64,000 nucleotides of DNA, taken from positions 620,001 to 684,000 of the forward strand of contig CP120461.1 of assembly GCA_034226945.1 (NCBI GenBank). The letters are read 5' to 3'. Of this stretch, positions 8,636 to 20,042 are shown piece by piece. The position numbers were made by a program, and so were the translations under genes. Below the pieces are notes generated by a model, which was not told the origin of the DNA, searched no databases, and saw nothing but the letters and a program-made list of their open reading frames with translations. Each line of letters opens with the position of its first letter. The first letter of the stretch is position 1. The stretch comes from Picochlorum sp. SENEW3 (lineage: Eukaryota).

Positions 8636-11420
8636 TTAATTATTTTCAATTTGATTGAAACAATGAAGACATGCCACATGAGGGCCATCGTCATGCGCCT
8701 TGATGACAACACAGACTTTGCTTCCAATTTTGAGGGAGCAATAGCGACATGTTGTGTCTGGTACGATGACGCATGGTTGATCGCATTCTTTCTCCGTGAC
8801 ACGAGACTTTAGAGTCAAGAGTTTATTCTGATATATGGCCTTTCTCATCTCATGCTCTCGCTTTTTGTGAAACATGCTCTGGATCATACAACTCAAGGAA
8901 TGCAACCCTGCGTTCAGTTCCATATCATCAGGCATTTTCATCATCACTGCAGTCGGGTCAAATGAATGGCGCTCAAAAGATGCTATAATATTCCCCGCGA
9001 TTTCCCATGGCATTATTTTGTCACTTTTCATGATGTGGTCCAGTAGCATTGGATGAGCCTCATGGGGGAGAAACTTTCTCGCATATTCGATTGCTACTGG
9101 TCCATTGCCGAGCAAATCAACCAGAATAGTGATGATTGTCTCATGGTCTGATTTTAGAGAGGCGACTATGGCCTTTTCTGGAATCATGGTGTCTGGTATC
9201 TTGGCAAACAGCTCTTCCATGTTCAAGAACTCAGCATGTACCACCAGATGCTGGTGCAAAGACGATCTAAGGGACTGTATCTTTGCCCTCTCAGATCCTT
9301 TGTGTCCCCCTGAAAAGAATTCTGCGAGAAACATGGCGGGGCTTGCGGTATCACTCGTACAAGAAGCGAATGTCTGAGAAAAGCATGAGGGATCTTGACT
9401 GGAAATTTCCTCCAAGAGGGCCAAGGCAAGTTCAGTGTGTAAATATTCATTCGATCTATTTTCCTCGACTTGTACCGCAATTTGTAAAAAGCGAAACTTG
9501 CACTCGTTATCCGAAATTGTGTCCAAGATGTCCGTGGCAGTGACATCCGTACGCATCTGAAGAACTCTCAAGGTTGCCTCAGCATCCCTATCCATGAGCC
9601 ATGTGATATTGTTCACCACACATGCAGAGTCACAAGCAGATTGATTCGACAGTATACGCTCAATAGCTTCCAAAGCGTCACATTTGTTCTCATTCGAGGA
9701 TTCTTCTGCAAGTTGCCTCCACAACCCAAGTGTTGTCTCCACATGATGAGCATCTGAGCCCAACAGGCGTGCTAGACATTGGGTCCAATCTTTCTTAGAC
9801 TTCACTCTTTGATGCAACTGATCAACTGATACGTTATTTGGAGAGCTTAAAAATGCATCAGCAGCTTCTTTCAAATCCAAATCGATCAATATATGTAAGA
9901 TCAAAGAGTCAATCCCATCTTTTTGCCCAACACTAGGAAACTCCCTAACCCTGAATAAATACTCCAAGATATCCTGCAAGTCTTGGGCTTTCTTATCACC
10001 CATACCAGTACAACCATTTCTCTCCCAGACAGACTCGAGACTGCTGTGGATTCTCAACCTGGAAGCATCTCTGGCAGAGGCCATGAAAGTTTTCATGTAC
10101 TCGGGAAATAAAGGGAACAACTCTGCCGGCTCAAAAATCTCAGATTGGCACTGCTCGATGCAATCTATTCCTCTCCTTATATTACCAATCTCAATAAATA
10201 AAATTCCGCAACGCACCAGGAATTCCATATACCCAGGAGCTGATATACCATGGTGCTGGATCAGTTGAAGGGCTAGTTCTGCATTCCTCTCCTCCAACGC
10301 ACGTTGTATCCGATCCCTATATGATATTGCACATACTAACCACAAAGAAGAGCTGGTAAAAATTGGAATGAGAGGCTGCCCCTCCTCGTCAGTACCAGGA
10401 ACACCAATGCTCCAGGGAGCAGAGGGCAGTTCTGCAAGTGGTACAAAAACCTCACTCCTAGAGTCAATATCTATTATCCGCACAGCATTATCGGTCAAAA
10501 GTACCAAGTTCGATTCTATTATTGCAGCATCTAATATTTTCATCGGCGATCGGTGATGAATCAAATCTAAACTATCACCTATTGGCTCCCCCTCCCTGTT
10601 CACAAGAATGCCCACGTCACCAGCCAGCATCAAAGCTTCACCTCTGCCCGACACGTGCAAGACACGGTTCAACGAGGAAATAACATCATTCACGAAAACC
10701 ACTCGAGAGCCACCATGCCGAGTACGCTCATCGAACCCCACCCACAAAAAGGTCTGTTCAACACAAACAATCAATGACCATGGAGCCTTGATGCTTGCAA
10801 TACTCGCCTCTGTAGATATGTTTCCTTTGGTCTGAACATCAACATGACTTTCCCATAAAATTTTAAGTCCAACTGAATGATTTCTTGCTTCTTCGATTCG
10901 ATACACGGTTGCCCGAAGTGCCTTGCTCACTGGCCCTGTTCTCAGCACAGCAATACAACCATCCTCATCTACAAAGACTGCCACAATACAATGCTTCAAA
11001 AATGTCTTGCTTTCGTTCAACTTTATGTTATGTATGCATAGAGACCCATCCCGTGTCCAAATTACAAGCAAATCCATCGAAGAAACGTGAGCAAGTCTCC
11101 TGGCATCATCCTGCAAACAAACAGAATTGTTTCTGTGAGTCACTGCGCCCACAAACCCTTTCAGCAGGAGCCCAGAGATCTTTCTAGACACTCAGAAAAA
11201 ACCAACGCACAGATTTCAGCAAGGGTTTCTGCAAAATCGTGTTACAATAAACCGTTTCCTCTTGTCTTGTGACTTCACAAGTTTCGACAGTCCCTCCAGC
11301 CATGCCCACATATGCGAACTTTCCTCCCCTTGGGATGCAACATGATGTTATTCTAGAGTCTCGTTCAGCCACATACGTCGCCTGAAACGGTACTTTGGGG
11401 TCACCCTGTGTTTCGCTCAT
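8636..11420 (-). CDS. Vps39/Vps3/TGFBRAP1-like HOPS/CORVET subunit
   Basis: N-terminal CNH-like beta region, FEPAELFPLFP, clathrin-repeat-like solenoid (YLHTELAL), C-terminal CRYC..IG...ACLHC. A first exon from ATG 11420 joins ORF 8636-11191 at an unresolved junction. Confidence 0.75.
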
Positions 11421-11507
11421 CTGTTCCACGTTTCACTTGTAGAACCCATTTTGAGGGTTTGTTGCGTTAAAATCTCCATTTTTAACATAAATAATAAATT
11501 AATGGCA

Positions 11508-14120
11508 TCACATTGTGCTCTTTTGGTGGAGAAATTCGTATAACCGTTTTCCAGCTGTGGAACTGCCCATGACTTGAATCATCTTTTCCATGGACATGGA
11601 TGCCAATCCAGAGAGGCTACCAGCTTCTCTTGACACGTCCCGGAAATTATTCTCATTGATCCCTGGGAGGCGTCGTAACATTTCCAATGCGGTTGTGTTG
11701 ATCGTGGGTTCACTAGTACCAGCATGTCCTTCAAGACCCACCTGCCCAGCTGTCACAGGATCTGGTTCATCATAGTTGGCCTTTATTTGTCTGAAGATGT
11801 CTGCTGTTGCGTGGAGGGATCTAGACCATACTAGACGAAGCCTTGGATGGTGCAAGCAGAGGAGAACAAGACGTGACATGATGTGCCCTGCTTGAATGTC
11901 TTCTCCTAGTTCTGCAGAAGATTGCAAGGCAAAGGCCTTTTCACCATCGAATTCTATCAACAAGATAGCTATGGAATAATGCTTGCACATCGCTTCTGCT
12001 TGATGATATAATCTTCCTGATTGGAGACTTCCCCTGAGGTCTGGAATCGTCTTCCTTTCTACACAAATCTCTGGGCTCAGAACATAATCTCCAACTTCCA
12101 AAGTAATTGGGATGATATTGTACCCTTGCGAATACAAAACCGCCGGGAGATGACTCATGAATTCTCTCACGTCTACTATGACTCTGATTTTTTCCGTTCC
12201 AGGGAGAGCTGCCCGGCCTCCGCCTTTTCTAGTGATTGAGTTGGCTGATGCTGAATTGTCAGCTCGCTCTATTGGAATGTACGGTGTGCTCGTCCTTGAT
12301 GATATATTGAGTGCCATGGATCCCTTGGCCTTGATCAAATCTTCGAACGAGCTCCTTTCTCGTAATAATCGTGAGTGATATTTGTCAAGCTCAGGACTGG
12401 GCTCGTATCGAAGGAGGTACACTCGTACCTTGGAGTAGTCATGCTGGGCACAGTACAATTCCAGCTGCCGTATCAACGTGATGTCTGGATCATGCACGAC
12501 CACATAAGAAGGACAGTTCTCCCATAAACTAATATATCCTACAGAGTTTGATGGGATGAACCTGACGTGCTCGCGAAACCATTCATCAGTTTTATCGCTC
12601 CCATTCTTCTGCTCATCATTAGAATGCTTTTCCAATGCACCAAGTTCCTTTGCCTGCGCACGCAAAGCAGATTCTTCAATCTGTGACTGTGGGGCCATAT
12701 TGACAGGTATTCCACTGGACGACCTCTTGACTCCCGTTTGTGCTTTTTCTACTTTGGAGGCCAAGTATTTCAGGTACTGTGCCTCCATGTATCTCTTTGC
12801 CCCATCTGGCCTAATTACCTTTTGGAGCTGCTCACAGGTGAATTCATCATCACAGAAAACTAACACAGGGGTATCGTGATCTTTTTTGTCATCCATTACC
12901 TCGTACAAAATGTCCATGAGAGCCTTCCATTTAGGAAGCTCTTCCAGAATAGGTTCCACTTCTGCTGTTTGTCCTTCCTGTTTTATCTTATACACCCGTC
13001 CTTTGGCAGCCTCGAATATCACATGCGCAGCACTATGAAACATCCAAGCGCTCTTACTTCCATCAGTCACCCGAAGATTCTCGAGGTATTTTAAAAACGT
13101 AATGGCATCAAATTTCAAGAGGTAGTTGGCCAGAGATCTCAATGTCCTCATATCAGCAACAATTTGTCTAATCTTTGGCGAAACAGTGTGCCAAACCGGT
13201 GCCAATTGCTTTTTTACAGTCTCATCAAACGCGGACGTCAGGCCTTGTGATGGAGATAGGTCCGTGGTATCCAACCTTTCATGCTTTCTCAACTCTTTCA
13301 CACTAACATCCAATAATTCAGCAATAGCTTCGTATATAATGCTAGCCCCTGGGTCAGCAGCCAAAGATACCTCAACCAACTGCATCAAGTAGTGTATATA
13401 TCAAAGAAGGAGAGCCTTAGGAACGATATCAGAAGAAAAACCCACCTGTGGCGCCTTGTTCTCAAAATCATCCTGTACAGCATTTCGAAAACGAGGCCAA
13501 ATCTGTAAATTTTGGACATGTAATGCCTTTAAAACTTTCTCAGGCTTGGCAAATTCAGATGTAAATGATCCAGGACTCTCGCTGAATGCTCTGATGTACC
13601 CCTCCCCTCCCTTTGTCTTGTACAACTTGATAATAAAAGCCTCCCCTGAGGAGTCCGTCAGGCGATGAGCATTGATCACAATAATTCCAGATACTTGTTT
13701 TGGATCCAATCTTTCAGACAGCAGATCGACCACCAGGATCCTGGTGGTGACAAATAAACAAGAACTTGATGCGTAGAGCCCAAGTCTGTCTGTGGTGGAC
13801 AAATCTGCCGTCACTTGCTTGGGAAATTCCGATTCGGTATCAGGAACGAATCTCTCTTCAGAGGGATATATACGATTCAATTCCATCTGCAGCGTCGTTC
13901 GCTGAGTGGCATCAGCTCCAATCACAAGGGTCACACCATGCTCTCCAGACAGTTTTCTCCTCTCGTCCTGCAACTTGAGCAACACAGCCACAACCTGGTA
14001 CAACCCCAGTCCCGGTGCCAGCACAAAAAGAGCATCATTTTCGATGGCAGAATCTATTATGTCTCGCTGAAAGTTCAGCAGAACGTGTTTCTTGTGACGA
14101 GTTTCCTGCCCCTCCTCCAT
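11508..14120 (-). CDS. XPF: DNA repair endonuclease XPF/RAD1/UVH1
   Basis: Exons 14120-13446 and 13379-11508; VDVREF, VGDYVLS, VERKTIPDL nuclease motifs, HhH C-terminus, N-terminal LLNFQ..TTRILVVDLL. Confidence 0.95.
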
Positions 14121-14361
14121 TCAATGTATTTGAACAGCGTTCGTCTTTCGTCACCCAAATGGCACTTTTATGCACTGTCAAAATGCATTTTGACAAACTA
14201 TTACAGTCGACATGTGTAATTCACTGATTGAAGGTTAATATCAATTTAAAAATGTCGATTGGCTGCCAGCCAATTTCAAACATACACATACATATAGGTT
14301 TGCTTGAAGGGCTTCATCGTGACATACAAATTGTGGGTATTTGTATTTATATCATGAATAA

Positions 14362-15507
14362 ATGATTCAGAGACTCAGATCTGCCGGTGTCTGCCGGATG
14401 CTGGCGGTTTCCTTGGAAGGAGTGCAGAGTTTGGGACCCACAACTGCTGTGGGCATAGTCGATGCATCTCTGTTAGAAGAACGAAACATTCATTATGAAT
14501 CAAATAATAGACGTGATGGGCTGTGGAAACCATTGGTTGGGCAGCGTGATATGCGGTGGCCAGTTCTGTTGGAACAGGTCTCTCAGACCAAACGACACTA
14601 TGGAACGCAATCGTCGGGATCTACTGGTCTTGTGGAAGATTTTAGAAGATACATAGCACCATGTATGCAGCTTTCAAGGATAGAAAAGCCGATAGGGACC
14701 TGGCTGTTGGCGTGGCCTTGCTTTTGGTCCATAGGTCTTGCAGCACCTCATGGAGGACCCATTGATGTGTATACCCTGGGGTTGTTTGGCATGGGAGCCA
14801 TCTTGCTTCGGGGATCTGGCTGTACAGTCAATGATATGTGGGATAGTGATTTTGATAAAAAGGTTGAACGAACGGCATCGAGACCGTTAGCCGCTGGCAC
14901 AGTGACACATCGGCAAGCTCTTGCCTGGCTTGGATTGCAGTTGTCTGCTGGTTTGGGAATCCTTCTTCAATTGAACGAAACCAGTCAGCTACTTGGTGTG
15001 GCTTCACTGCCATTTGTCATAGCATACCCTTTGATGAAAAGGATTACAGGATGGCCTCAGGCATTCCTTGGCCTAACAATAAATTGGGGAGCCTTCATGG
15101 GATGGGCTGCAGTTCATGGATCCTGTTCTTGGGAGATTGTTGGTCCTTTGTATGCGTCTGGCGTGTTTTGGACCCTTGTATACGATACAATATATGCTCA
15201 TCAGGATACACGGGATGATGTCAAGGCAGGAGTGAAATCCACTGCACTGACATTTGGTGAGAGAACAAAGCCAATGCTCTGGGGCTTTGCTGCATGCAAT
15301 ATTGCGAGTATGGCTGTGGCTGGCGTCATGGCAGACTGCCATGGCCCATTCTTTATCGGTATGACAGCAGCGGCAGCACAGCTTGCGTGGCAAATCCAGA
15401 CAGTAAATTTGACCAATCCAGAGGACTGTGCTAGAAAATTCAAGAGCAATTGGTGGTATGGATGTAGTATTTTTGCTGGTATTGTGGCAGACAAGCTGTT
15501 ATCTTAG
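14362..15507 (+). CDS. COQ2: 4-hydroxybenzoate polyprenyltransferase (UbiA family)
   Basis: RIEKPIGTWLL, GCTVNDMWDSDFDKKVERT..RP, YDTIYAHQD..DD. Confidence 0.95.
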   Translation: MIQRLRSAGVCRMLAVSLEGVQSLGPTTAVGIVDASLLEERNIHYESNNRRDGLWKPLVGQRDMRWPVLLEQVSQTKRHYGTQSSGSTGLVEDFRRYIAPCMQLSRIEKPIGTWLLAWPCFWSIGLAAPHGGPIDVYTLGLFGMGAILLRGSGCTVNDMWDSDFDKKVERTASRPLAAGTVTHRQALAWLGLQLSAGLGILLQLNETSQLLGVASLPFVIAYPLMKRITGWPQAFLGLTINWGAFMGWAAVHGSCSWEIVGPLYASGVFWTLVYDTIYAHQDTRDDVKAGVKSTALTFGERTKPMLWGFAACNIASMAVAGVMADCHGPFFIGMTAAAAQLAWQIQTVNLTNPEDCARKFKSNWWYGCSIFAGIVADKLLS

Positions 15508-15766
15508 TTACATCTCTTACACATGTGTGGCCTTGATCATAGACGTAAAGAGGATGCAAATGCCGAAAAACCATTCATTCCAATCATGGAGTCATGAGTA
15601 AGAAAAAGGTGATTAATTGGCACTTTGGACACTATTCAAAAATGTCATGCTTCAGAATATATACATTTAATATATACAATTAAGTGCGTTTTCCAGGGCG
15701 AAAATATGCAGCCGAAATACTCAGTGACCTATCTTTGCCCGGTTTGGGCACGTCACAGTTGTGCCA

Positions 15767-17426
15767 CTACCCTCTGACGACCACCTCCACAGATGAAGGG
15801 TTTGTAAATTTCGTAGCACTGTCCTTGCAATCATCGAATGTCCCATCTTCCTCGGAAACGTTGCAAGTTGTAATAGTATCAGTTCCTGACTGTGATATAA
15901 ATGCCAAATTTTCAAAGAAAGAGACACTAGTTGGGGCTGAGAGGCCAGCAATTGCAACCTTGCAGTTTTCAAACTCACCAATTGCGTCGACTTGGCATAC
16001 TGTCACGTAACCAGGACCTTCTATTGTTGGTGTACCATTAAAAAGGTCAAACGTTGCATTTGAGCTCACAATGTAAGCAATAGTTTGATTGTTTGTGAAT
16101 GCAATTGCTGTTGGTATATCAAACTTCTCTGACATGGCACTGCATTGATCAAAAGCACCAGTTGTAGCATTCACATTGCATCCCAACACCGTTTGATTTG
16201 CATCTGGTAGATAGGCCCGTAATGACAATGTATTCACTGACACCATTGGGTACAGTATCTGTGGATCTGATATGATATCAATGCAATCTTGGATCTCCAG
16301 TGATTCCACATCAAGGAGGCAACCTTGAATGCCAGAGTACAGGGTTGACAGGAAAACATTAGGTCCTGTATAATTAGTGCTCCTGAACGCTCCCGCGACT
16401 GATGTTGGAGGAACTAGAACATCGGAACTAAATATGATTCCAGAATCCATGGACTTCTGTGGTATAGGTGGACCGTTATCCTTAACTGCAGCAACACCCC
16501 CTTCTAATTCTTCACAATAGCTCACTAGAGTGGCCACTGAGCCAGCCCCAGCCCTTGTCTCTTGAGAAGGCAAAATGAAGGTATTGCTTGACAACGGCAC
16601 CACTGAAGTATTACTGAATATCTCTGTACATTGACCAATCAGGCCTGTAGATGTCAGGCTGCACTGGGACACTGATCCAGCAATGTCTGCTGTCTGATTC
16701 CCTGCAGCAGTCACAAATAATGCGAGTGGCTCTGGCTCCGGCTCGGACTCTGATGTCGGTTCTTGTGTAGAATCTGAAGGCGGGGGGGCTGGCATTGAAA
16801 GAGGGGTCGCCTCTTGGCAATAGGAGACTTCTCCATCTCCAGATAAAGATGTTTTGACATAGCAGCTGTATGTCTGATCTCTGTCCAGGCCTTGGACAGT
16901 TCCTTCAACAGCAGATGGCTTGATAGGTAAATACCCGATGACACTTTGCCCTTGCGCTGGAGAATTACATTTCTCATCTTTGAAGACACATTTGATGGTA
17001 AACTGAGTTCCTGGAACGTTGGGACCAGTTTTGAAACTGACAGTGATTGTCTCCAAGTTGGCTTCCAGAATGACAGGCTGTCTGACCGAGGTCAACAAAC
17101 GATCAGAGGTATCTGCAATGGGCATCCACCAGGACTCAGATTCATAGAATTTGATCGAAGATTGATCAGTATGTAAGATGGATAGGACTGCCATAATGGT
17201 AGCGAGTGATTCCTGCGGTGTAACCAACACACCCTATTGGCACTCCTGGCAACTGCTCTGCCCAAGTAGTCAACAGCAGGTGATACCGATTCTAAGTGCA
17301 TTCATCACATAAGAATCATCGTACGTGGCTGCAGTATATGGATTGAATTTTTACAGAAAACGCACCGTCTCTTGCCGTGGCACTCAGTGCGAGCACCAGC
17401 ATTGATGCAAGTATCCAAGCTTTCAT
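15767..17426 (-). CDS. Secreted protein: FN3-like domain, Pro/Glu linker, Cys-paired beta-propeller-like repeats
   Basis: Signal-peptide exon 17426-17366 (MKAWILASMLVLALSATA, GTGCGT donor) can join in phase to 17112-15767; repeats C-x(6-8)-G-x-F-x-x-C. Internal exon structure uncertain. Confidence 0.65.
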
Positions 17427-17692
17427 TGGTATCAGGTTACTCAAAAGAATATGGAAGGGATTGTAAAAGGAATTCGGTATGAAGCCAAACTCTGCCTTCT
17501 TCTTGATATATAGAATTATTTTTTCCCTCCATCGTGGAGACACATCGTTCAAGGATGTTGACCGATCTGGTCCAAGGAAGCTGCTGGTCAAGAGCACAGA
17601 AGCTTCCTGTAAAAGATCCTGTCCCTTGACCCCGGTGACATGACAGATCATGATCTCTTACAGAAATAACAATCAATATAACTCGAAACAGG

Positions 17693-19252
17693 TTACATCA
17701 TTCCAAACATGCCACTCGCATATTTCATGGCCCTCACAGGTGGATGAGGAGACGCTTCAAACTGGGTAAAGTGTGGCACCATATCCTCCCCATTAAACCG
17801 AATGAACGCCCCCTTGTTCCCCATCTGATCACAATAATTTGGAGCTGAGAAAATAGTACAACAAAATCCATCGTGAGCCAATTCATATCCCGCATCCTTC
17901 ACCTCATGGCTCCTCACGAGCAGACTAAGGCCATTCTGCTGAAGATACCTTTTTGTGACATCAGGACCAAATGCATACCCAACACCTCTCTTACTAGGAG
18001 ACACCCCTGGCTCATCCTGTGGATCATTCCACAAACACTCACACATAGGTCCAGCATCAGGTGGCTCTCTCACCCTATCAATCTTTCTCAGCGACGCCAA
18101 ATCACACCCAGTATCACCCGTTGGCACCCCACCATGAACCACCATGACTGTCTTTCTCAACACATATGCCAATGGCATGGCACAGAACAGCTCTCTGAAA
18201 ATTTCAATACTACTCTGACCCATTTTTTCCTTCACCTCCCCATAAAATCCATAAATAGTATTCATCGACTTGCTCTCATGATTCCCTCGTGTCAAGTGCA
18301 TGCAATTTGTATCCCATGCCTTGAATGCCAACAGCGTCATAATAACTTCAAACGAAAACGACCCTCTATCAACGAAATCTCCATTAAATACATACGGATT
18401 CGACGCCGACGGCATGCCATTCAACTCAAATATCTTTAACAGATCGTAAAACTGACCATGCGTGTCCCCACACACAGTAATATGTGTCCCTTCTGGCACA
18501 TCAACATCCACCAGAGAAGGAAGCTCACGCAACCGCTCATACGCCTCCAATATAATCTGCATCGAAAACCGCCTATGAATCTTCCTCTGCTCCCGAAACT
18601 CCTTGATCATCTCATGCACAAAAGCCTCTGTCACCACATACTCCCCAGCCTCATTCTTCTCCATCACAGGACCATTATACGACTCCTCCACAAAGATATC
18701 CTCCAGCACAATCGTATTCAACGCCGACGTTGTATCCTCTGGCAACGCAACCGCCGCCTCAAACCGCACCCTCTTCAACTCCCTCTCAGCCTCCTGCAGT
18801 TTCCTCCTCAAATCAGGATCCCTCGGATTCAACCTCGCCGCACATCTAAAATTAGAAACAGAATCTTTAAAATGACTCAATGCAAACTGCGCATCCCCAC
18901 GCCGATAATACGCTTTCGCGTATTTTGGATCCAATTCGATCGCCCGAGTGGCATCCTGAATCGCAGCCCCGTACTCTTCAATACGGATATGCGCAAACGC
19001 CCTGTTACTCCAGTACACAGGATTCGATGGATCCAGACCAATAGCTTTCGTATACCCTTCCACAGCCTCGTTATAATGCTTCTCTGAAACATGCAACAAC
19101 AAAAACAATGTGAGTCAAACCACATCCATCTTCCACACACACACCCACACGCAGCGATACCTACCTTTAAAATACGCATTCGCTTCATTCTTAATACTCT
19201 CCGCCTCTTCTTTCATCCCCTCAGTGACAATACTACCGTTTTGGTGTTCCAT
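17693..19252 (-). CDS. PP5: Serine/threonine protein phosphatase 5 (TPR + PPP domain)
   Basis: Exons 19252-19165 and 19083-17693; three TPRs, GDTHGQ, GDFVDRG, RGNHE, SAPNYC. Confidence 0.96.
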
Positions 19253-19447
19253 TGTTTGGACTAATCTTTTGCTTTTGTTCTATTGATTCAAAAAGAACAG
19301 CATTCCTTCCTTGAGTAGTAATAAATAACAAATATGTATTAAATAATGCTAACAGAATATCCTCATCATCAACATCAACATGAGGCTCATGCCAACTACA
19401 CTGTGCTACTACTAATTAGTAGATTATTTGATCATTATTAGTACTGG

Positions 19448-19786
19448 TCACTTGCCTGGTTTTTGTTGCTGCTGCTGAGCTTTTCGAGCCCTCTTCTCTT
19501 CCATCGCCTTGGCATCCCTCTCCCGTCTTTGCTGGGGTGTCAATCCATCATCCTTTGTTTTCCCAGCATGTTTCTGGGCTCTCTTCTGGGCTCTCTGTCG
19601 ATCGACTTCCCTCTGATTCCCTCTCGTCTGCACATGGTATTGCATATATTGTGACTTTCAGTCAATATTTCTGTAATAGGATGCAGATGTTTTCAGAGAA
19701 GAAGATGTGATCTCAGCGTGTGTGAGGGTTTTCTGACGTCATCATGCCAATGAGGGGCAGGATACCAAAGAAAAGGGACGTACCAT
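19448..19786 (-). CDS. SERF: SERF/4F5 family small protein (60 aa)
   Basis: ATG-only first coding exon 19786-19784 (ATG|GTACGT) plus exon 19627-19448 gives MTRGNQREVDRQRAQKR...RRERDA. Confidence 0.9.
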
Positions 19787-20042
19787 GTCAATATCTATCT
19801 AGTATGTATACATATAATGGAAAAGAATGCTGCTGTGGGGGAGCAAGCAAGAGGCATGAATACATGGATGCTTTTTTTGGTATATATCTATTTACGGACG
19901 ATTCTGTGAAGAGGAGCAGGATGATCAAGGCGTGGGTGATGCGTTTGTCATTCCAAGCCAAGACAGGTGGTGAGATTGATTCAAATAATAATCTCAAACA
20001 AGTAAAGATCCTTCCGTGTGGTTGTGGATATACTGCGTCGTT

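Noticed and set aside
6591..11420. RAB7 next to a Vps39-like gene, with VPS4, BIG, golgin and TM9 in the same window, as a trafficking cluster
   Set aside because: Unrelated genes are interspersed; compatible with chance in a gene-dense genome.
17873..19087. Long antisense ORFs opposite PP5 (also opposite GluRS, FTHFS, VPS4 and PLAA)
   Set aside because: Shadow ORFs produced by codon bias and skew; no recognisable domains.
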